Positions 58,252-64,000 of a stretch of DNA of 64,000 nt are shown piece by piece. The position numbers were made by a program, and so were the translations under genes. Source of the DNA: an uncultured Porphyromonadaceae bacterium (lineage in GTDB: Bacteria > Bacteroidota > Bacteroidia > Bacteroidales > Muribaculaceae); the NCBI GenBank assembly GCA_948467675.1, contig CAOKFI010000001.1, positions 25,159-89,158 on the forward strand, given 5' to 3'. The notes below the pieces were generated by a model, which did not search any database, was not told where the DNA came from, and saw nothing but the letters and a program-made list of their open reading frames with translations. Within the stretch, counting starts at the first letter, position 1; every line of letters starts with the position of its first letter.

Positions 58252-58334
58252 ATCCGGATCGTTTGGCGTTTTCTGTATGTTTCGTTTTTTATTGAGCGGT
58301 GCAAAATTAGCGGAATTTTTGCTAAGTTTGCGTT

Positions 58335-59102
58335 ATGAATGAGAATTTGCTGACCAATCGTATCCGCAAGGAGGTGGCGTCGCTCGGCGATGCACGTAGC
58401 CGCCGTGAGTCAGGATGTTTCGTTGCGGAGGGCTCTAAATGCGTGCGCGATACATGGGGTCATTTTGAGTGTGTGCATCTATTTGCTACATTACGTTGGT
58501 ATGACGAGAACCGTAGCCGGCTTGCCGGATTTGAGCCGATAGTCGTGTCGCATGGTGAGATCGGGCGTATGTCGCAGCTTAAAACTCCGGGAGAAGTGAT
58601 AGCGGTGTATCGGATTCCGGAACGGCAATTTGAAGCAGAGCGTTTTTCTTCAGGTCTGGCTATTGCGCTTGATGGTGTGCAGGATCCGGGAAATCTTGGT
58701 ACGATAATGCGTGTGGCCGATTGGTTCGGTGTTGAAAACATATTGTGCAGCCCGGATACCGTGGACTGTTTCAATCCCAAAGTCGTCCAGGCTACGATGG
58801 GAGCGATAGCCCGTGTCAATGTCGTGTACGCTGATCTGTGTGAGGCATTCGGTCAATTGCCTGGAGTGCCGTTGTTCGGTACTTTTCTTGACGGGAATGA
58901 TATTTATAAGGAACGACTGCCTGAAAGCGGAATCATAGTGATGGGTAACGAGGGCAAGGGTATTTCCCCGGGAGTGAGCGGGATAATCAATAACCGTCTG
59001 CTCATACCGTCGTATCCTGCCGGACGCCCGACTTCGGAATCGCTCAATGTGGCTATGGCCACAGGTATAGTCTTGTCGGAATTCAGACGTCGTTCATTAT
59101 AA
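58335..59102 (+). CDS. TrmH/SpoU family RNA 2'-O-methyltransferase
   Basis: 255 aa with SpoU motifs DGVQDPGNLGTIMRVADWFG, IVMGNEGKGIS and SLNVAMATGI. Confidence 0.88.
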   Translation: MNENLLTNRIRKEVASLGDARSRRESGCFVAEGSKCVRDTWGHFECVHLFATLRWYDENRSRLAGFEPIVVSHGEIGRMSQLKTPGEVIAVYRIPERQFEAERFSSGLAIALDGVQDPGNLGTIMRVADWFGVENILCSPDTVDCFNPKVVQATMGAIARVNVVYADLCEAFGQLPGVPLFGTFLDGNDIYKERLPESGIIVMGNEGKGISPGVSGIINNRLLIPSYPAGRPTSESLNVAMATGIVLSEFRRRSL

Positions 59103-59110
59103 GTTGCAGT

Positions 59111-60481
59111 ATGGCGAAGAACAATATAAAAAGTGTATGGGTGTGCAGTAACTGCGGCAATGATTCTTCCAAGTGGGAGGGCCGTTGTCCGGCCTGTGGT
59201 GAATGGAACTCGATGGTTGAGGAACGGATATCCGTCAAAGGCAAAAGCTCCGACAAGGGTCGTTTGCTGGCATCCCGTAGCACGCCGCAGAGAGTAAGCG
59301 ATATACAGCCTTTGCAGGAACCACGCATTGCAATGCCGAGTCAGGAACTCAACCGTGTGCTGGGCGGAGGTCTTGTGGCGGGATCGCTTGTGCTGATAGG
59401 GGGTGAGCCCGGAATCGGCAAGTCTACGCTCGTGTTGCAGAATATACTTTCGATACGTAACCGGAATATATTGTATGTATCGGGCGAGGAGAGTGCTTCA
59501 CAGTTGAAACTGCGTGCCGACCGTATAGGGCGGCAGAGCGATAACTGCTATATCGTCTGCGAGACGTCGCTTGAAGCGATTTTCGACCATATCAGATCAG
59601 TGGATCCTAAACTTGTGATAGTCGATTCCATCCAGACTGTGGCTTCGGATGCCATAGAGTCTTCGGCGGGCAGTGTGAGTCAGGTCCGCGAATGTGCCGC
59701 GCAGTTGCTCAAATATGCCAAAGAGAGCGGCGTTCCGGTACTGCTGATAGGGCATATAAACAAGGAGGGGAGTATAGCCGGTCCGAAAGTCCTTGAACAC
59801 ATTGTCGATGCTGTGCTGCAGTTCGAGGGCGACCGTCATTACATGTATCGCATACTCCGCTCGATCAAGAACCGTTTCGGAAGTACATCCGAGCTTGGGA
59901 TCTACGAGATGTGCCAGCGCGGACTTCGGGAAGTGACGAATCCGTCGGAGATGCTACTCTCACAGTCGGAAGAAGAATTGTCGGGTATTTCGATCGGCGT
60001 CACGCTTGAAGGCATGCGCCCGTTCCTGATAGAAGCGCAGGCGCTTGTAAGCACAGCTGCTTATGGTACTCCGCAGCGTTCTGTGACAGGTTTCGATTCC
60101 AAGAGGATGAATATGCTTCTTGCTGTGCTTGAGAAGCGTGTCGGCTTCAAACTTGCGCAGAAGGACGTGTTTCTCAATATTGCCGGGGGCCTCAAAGTAA
60201 ATGATCCGGCATTGGATCTGGCGGTGATCTGTGCCATTCTGTCGAGCAATGTCGATATGGTTGTGCCACGCCGGACGTGTATGTCGGGCGAGATCGGTCT
60301 GTCGGGCGAGATCCGTCCCATAACAAGGATAGAACAGCGTATCATGGAGGCTGAAAAATTAGGTATGGATACGATATTGATTCCTCGCAACAATCTGAAA
60401 GGAATCGATACATCGAAGCTGAATATCAATATAGTAGAGGTCTCGAAAGTAGAGGAGGCATTCCGGCAGCTTTTTGCTTGA
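59111..60481 (+). CDS. radA: DNA repair protein RadA
   Basis: 456 aa with the zinc finger CSNCGNDSSKWEGRCPACGEW, Walker A GGEPGIGKST, the KNRFG motif, and a Lon-like C-terminal domain. Confidence 0.96.
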   Translation: MAKNNIKSVWVCSNCGNDSSKWEGRCPACGEWNSMVEERISVKGKSSDKGRLLASRSTPQRVSDIQPLQEPRIAMPSQELNRVLGGGLVAGSLVLIGGEPGIGKSTLVLQNILSIRNRNILYVSGEESASQLKLRADRIGRQSDNCYIVCETSLEAIFDHIRSVDPKLVIVDSIQTVASDAIESSAGSVSQVRECAAQLLKYAKESGVPVLLIGHINKEGSIAGPKVLEHIVDAVLQFEGDRHYMYRILRSIKNRFGSTSELGIYEMCQRGLREVTNPSEMLLSQSEEELSGISIGVTLEGMRPFLIEAQALVSTAAYGTPQRSVTGFDSKRMNMLLAVLEKRVGFKLAQKDVFLNIAGGLKVNDPALDLAVICAILSSNVDMVVPRRTCMSGEIGLSGEIRPITRIEQRIMEAEKLGMDTILIPRNNLKGIDTSKLNINIVEVSKVEEAFRQLFA

Positions 60482-60551
60482 TCTGCGAGTTGTATTTTTT
60501 AACATTGGTGTGCCTGAAATTCGGCGTTTCGGCGCCTATCTTTGTATCGCT

Positions 60552-61829
60552 ATGACTGAACAGACTCTGGAGAAATTACGTATATTGGCTGAATCGGCAA
60601 AATACGATGTCAGTTGCTCGTCGAGCGGTACGGTGCGGCGCAACAGCGGTGGCGGCGTGGGCAATACTGTAGGGGGTGTAGGCATCTGCCATAGTTTTGC
60701 GGATGACGGCCGTTGTATATCGCTGTTGAAAGTCATGCTCACCAATGTCTGTATGTATGACTGCGCATACTGTATAAACCGTCGCAGCAATGATATACCG
60801 AGAGCGACTCTGTCTGTGACGGAACTGGTGGAGCTGACCATGGAATTTTACAGGCGTAATTATATAGAGGGGCTGTTTCTGAGTTCCGGAGTTGTACGCA
60901 ATCCGGATTACACGATGGAGCGTCTGGTGCGTGTGGCTAAGGATCTTCGCACGATACACCGGTTCAATGGCTATATCCATCTGAAAAGCATACCCGGAGC
61001 ATCGCGCGAACTGGTCAGTGAGGCCGGGCGTTATGCTGACAGGATGAGTGTCAATATAGAGATTCCGAACGAACAGTCACTGAAGTATCTTGCTCCAGAG
61101 AAGGATTTCGAGAGCGTATACCGTCCGATGGGTTATATAAGGCAAGGTGTGCTTGAGAGTGCTGAAGACAGGCGGAAATACCGCAAGGCACCCCGTTTCG
61201 TTCCTGCCGGACAGAGCACCCAGATGATTGTAGGCGCCTCGCCGGAGCGTGATCGCGACATACTCAGGCTGTCGTCGGCATTGTACGGAACGCCGACCAT
61301 GCGGCGTGTATATTACTCAGGTTATGTTGCGGTTAATACATACGATACACGTCTGCCGATGCTGAAGCAACCTCCGCTGGTACGTGAACACCGCCTGTAC
61401 CAGGCCGACTGGCTGCTGCGCTTTTATAATTTTAAGGTGGATGAGATCGTTGATGACTCGTATCCGGATCTCGATCTTGAGCTTGATCCCAAGACCGGGT
61501 GGGCATTGCGCCATCCTGAATTGTTTCCGGTAGATGTGAACAGGGCTGATTATGAAATGATATTGCGTATTCCCGGCATAGGTGTCAAGTCGGCTATGCT
61601 GATAATCAATGCGCGCAGGTTCCGCAGGCTTACGTCCGATCACCTCAGGCGTATGGGGGTGGTAATGAAGCGTGCGCGCTATTTCATTACATGCGGCGAA
61701 TTGCAATCGGCATGTGTGGCAGATGTTTCGCCGGAGTATGTCCGCCGTCAACTCACGGCACCTTCCCAACGGCATTTGAGAAAGGGGGCCGTTCATCCTG
61801 ATCAACTGACTTTGGATTTCGGATCATGA
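60552..61829 (+). CDS. putative DNA modification/repair radical SAM protein
   Basis: ATG 60552 (track ORF starts at TTG 60474) gives MTEQTLEKLRILAESAKYDVSC. The radical-SAM cluster motif CMYDCAYC is present, with a C-terminal HhH-like region. Confidence 0.8.
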   Translation: MTEQTLEKLRILAESAKYDVSCSSSGTVRRNSGGGVGNTVGGVGICHSFADDGRCISLLKVMLTNVCMYDCAYCINRRSNDIPRATLSVTELVELTMEFYRRNYIEGLFLSSGVVRNPDYTMERLVRVAKDLRTIHRFNGYIHLKSIPGASRELVSEAGRYADRMSVNIEIPNEQSLKYLAPEKDFESVYRPMGYIRQGVLESAEDRRKYRKAPRFVPAGQSTQMIVGASPERDRDILRLSSALYGTPTMRRVYYSGYVAVNTYDTRLPMLKQPPLVREHRLYQADWLLRFYNFKVDEIVDDSYPDLDLELDPKTGWALRHPELFPVDVNRADYEMILRIPGIGVKSAMLIINARRFRRLTSDHLRRMGVVMKRARYFITCGELQSACVADVSPEYVRRQLTAPSQRHLRKGAVHPDQLTLDFGS

Positions 61830-62599
61830 AATCGGGGATATTCGTTTTCGACGGAACATGGGAGGGAATGCTGACCGCGGTGTTCGATGCGTTTTCGATG
61901 AAGATACAGCCGCAGGAGCTGGTGCGCATTGGTGCGCAATTGCCGATCTTTGCCGATACTATACATGAAGTGCAGACTGATTCCGGCCATGCCGGACGTG
62001 TGTGGAAAGGATTGACGGCCAAACTGCAGTCAGAGGCTCTGGCTGCATTGACGGCATCCTTTCTGTCGGAACTGGAGGAGATGGATATGCCGATATTCCG
62101 TTATATAGTCAAAGTTTTCATATCGCAATCCGGTATTGAGCGTGACTTTACAGATCCGGATATGCTGTCGGTTTTTTCGACAGCTCGGAAAGTCCGTGGC
62201 GAGAAGCATCGTGTGCTTCAGTTCATGCGTTTTCAGAAGGCGGCTGACGGGACGTATTTCGGTATTATGGAACCGCTTTATAATGTTATGCCGCTTACTG
62301 TAGCCCATTTTGCCGACCGTTTTGCCGATCAGAAGTTCATATTGTACGATAAGCGTCGCGGATTCGGATATTATTACGATGGTGACAGACCGGTCGAAAT
62401 AACGATGCCTGAGAATCTTAGCCATATATCTACCGGAAAACTCGATTCCGACATAATGGATTCTGATGAGCGGCTTTTCCAGCAGATGTGGAAAACATAT
62501 TTTAAGGCGATAGCAATAAAAGAACGTATGAATCCGCGCAAACAGCGTCAGGATATGCCGGTACGATTTTGGAAATATCTGGTTGAAAAGCAGGATTGA
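61826..62599 (+). CDS. DUF4130-type putative DNA repair protein (partner of the radical SAM protein)
   Basis: 257 aa. Its start shares an ATGA overlap with the radical SAM gene stop. The C-terminal NPRKQRQDMPVRFWKYL motif is typical of this partner family as I recall it. Confidence 0.7.
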   Translation: MKSGIFVFDGTWEGMLTAVFDAFSMKIQPQELVRIGAQLPIFADTIHEVQTDSGHAGRVWKGLTAKLQSEALAALTASFLSELEEMDMPIFRYIVKVFISQSGIERDFTDPDMLSVFSTARKVRGEKHRVLQFMRFQKAADGTYFGIMEPLYNVMPLTVAHFADRFADQKFILYDKRRGFGYYYDGDRPVEITMPENLSHISTGKLDSDIMDSDERLFQQMWKTYFKAIAIKERMNPRKQRQDMPVRFWKYLVEKQD

Positions 62600-62710
62600 A
62601 AATGTTAACTGGTGTTATTATTTAGGCGCTGTTGGAAATAATACTAATTATGTGGTAGTGGATTTTGTTGAAAAATGCGGATATTTGCAAGCTAAAACAT
62701 TAATCGTATA

Positions 62711-64000
62711 ATGAGACTGTCTGATCTTACAGCCGGAGAATCGGCTATTATCGTCAAGATATTGGGTCACGGCGCATTCCGTAAGCGCGTCATTGAGATG
62801 GGATTCGTCAGGGGACGGCACATCAAGGCATTGCTTACAGCACCGTTACGCGATCCGGTAAAATACAGTCTCATGGGCTACGAGGTCTCGTTGCGCCGTA
62901 GTGAGGCTGATCTTGTCGAGGTGATGCCGATAGAAGAGGGTGCGGCGGATATGAATAGTAAACATCCATCGACAATAGAAGACTGCGATGATGAGCTGAC
63001 ACGCCGTTATGACGGGCAGAGCCATACCATAAATGTCGCTCTGATAGGAAATCCTAACTGCGGCAAGACGTCACTGTTCAATATTGTTTCTGGCGCGCGC
63101 GAGCATGTAGGGAACTACAGCGGTGTGACGGTCGATGCCAAGGCCGGACGGTTCAAGCATAAAGGCTACAATATAAACATCGTGGATCTTCCCGGTACCT
63201 ATAGCCTGTCGGCATATTCTCCGGAGGAACTGTATGTGCGCCGTTATCTACGCGATCAGACTCCCGACGTGATTGTAAACGTAGTCGTGGCGTCGAATCT
63301 CGAGCGTAATCTGTATCTGACGACCGAGCTAATCGATATGGACCGCAGTATGGTCATTGCCTTGAACATGTATGATGAGCTGAACGCAATCGGGTCGGAG
63401 GTCGATTACAAGACTCTTGGCGAGATGATCGGTGTGCCTATTGTCCCAACGGTGTCCAGGACCGGCCAGGGCGTCGGGGAGCTGTTCGATACCGTGATAC
63501 GCGTGTATGAAGGGCGTGAACGGTCAGTGCGTCATGTGCATGTAAATCTCGGCGACGAGATAGAACGCGGTGTGCGTGCTATAAAAGACCGGATCAAGAC
63601 GGCCGGGGATGTCGAGCCTCACTTTTCGCCACGATATCTTGCCATCAAGTTTCTTGAAAACGACAAGGAAGTCGATTCGATATTGTCGCATGCCGCGGAT
63701 TACGGCCAGCTGAAAGAGATCCGTGACCGTGAGCGTTTACGTATAGAGCGTTTGCGAGACGAGGATATAACATCGGCTATAGCCAATGAAAAATATGGAT
63801 TTATTGCCGGTGCTCTTGCCGAGACGATGACGCATAGCGACAGGGAGGCAGCCCGTTCCACTCATATAATAGATGCTTTCGTCACGAACAAACTGTTCGG
63901 ATTTCCGATATTTATAGCTGTCATGCTGTTCATGTTCTGGACAACATTCAAGATCGGTTCTTATCCGATGGGATGGATAGAAGCTGGCGTGGCGTGGCTC
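62711..64000 (+). CDS. feoB: ferrous iron transporter FeoB with N-terminal FeoA fusion (3' truncated by window end)
   Basis: ATG 62711 gives MRLSDLTAGESAIIVKILG (FeoA SH3-like), then the G-domain GNPNCGKTSLFN and DLPGTYS. The frame stays open to position 64000, and the ORF is absent from the track because it has no stop. Confidence 0.92.
   Translation, partial: MRLSDLTAGESAIIVKILGHGAFRKRVIEMGFVRGRHIKALLTAPLRDPVKYSLMGYEVSLRRSEADLVEVMPIEEGAADMNSKHPSTIEDCDDELTRRYDGQSHTINVALIGNPNCGKTSLFNIVSGAREHVGNYSGVTVDAKAGRFKHKGYNINIVDLPGTYSLSAYSPEELYVRRYLRDQTPDVIVNVVVASNLERNLYLTTELIDMDRSMVIALNMYDELNAIGSEVDYKTLGEMIGVPIVPTVSRTGQGVGELFDTVIRVYEGRERSVRHVHVNLGDEIERGVRAIKDRIKTAGDVEPHFSPRYLAIKFLENDKEVDSILSHAADYGQLKEIRDRERLRIERLRDEDITSAIANEKYGFIAGALAETMTHSDREAARSTHIIDAFVTNKLFGFPIFIAVMLFMFWTTFKIGSYPMGWIEAGVAWL

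Noticed and set aside
58323-58330. TAAGTTTG promoter-like box upstream of the TrmH-family gene.
   Set aside because: It lies only 5 nt from the ATG, too close for a -7 box to give a transcript containing the start codon. It is probably coincidental, or the gene start differs.

Overview
This 64-kb window looks like a Bacteroidales (Bacteroidota) chromosome. The evidence is TAnnTTTG-type promoter boxes, the parA-parB-DUF5683-LysM transglycosylase block, a fused FeoA-FeoB, T9SS C-terminal sorting domains, and a SurA/PpiD-OstA-like cluster. Most of it is densely packed housekeeping backbone at roughly 50-57% GC by eye (fabD, rsgA, obg, gmk, nadD, cdsA, tsaB, guaB, typA, radA and others). I found no rRNA, functional tRNA, CRISPR array, integrase or transposase. 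Two regions stand out. (1) At 21.7-31.7 kb, a clear cobalamin riboswitch with an intrinsic terminator leads a tightly coupled five-gene operon: a BtuB-like TonB-dependent receptor, a beta-propeller lipoprotein, a second lipoprotein, a 1215-aa multidomain protein and a 488-aa beta-propeller protein. The last two carry T9SS sorting domains, which suggests an undescribed T9SS-displayed corrinoid-capture apparatus. (2) At 31.7-33.7 kb, directly downstream, a ~2-kb AT-rich islet (~37-40% GC) carries a two-gene cassette with no mobility genes. Its first gene encodes an unknown N-terminal domain fused to a C-terminal XRE-type HTH. Its second encodes a NUMOD4/HNH nuclease fused to a ~220-aa unknown domain. 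It is a candidate horizontally acquired toxin/defence-like module. Lesser points are a partial nonulosonic-acid (NeuC/NeuA/PtmE-like) trio lacking a synthase, a radical-SAM/DUF4130 putative DNA-repair pair coupled behind radA, and several unusually long perfect terminator hairpins. All functional calls come from motif recognition in the supplied translations; no database search was run.
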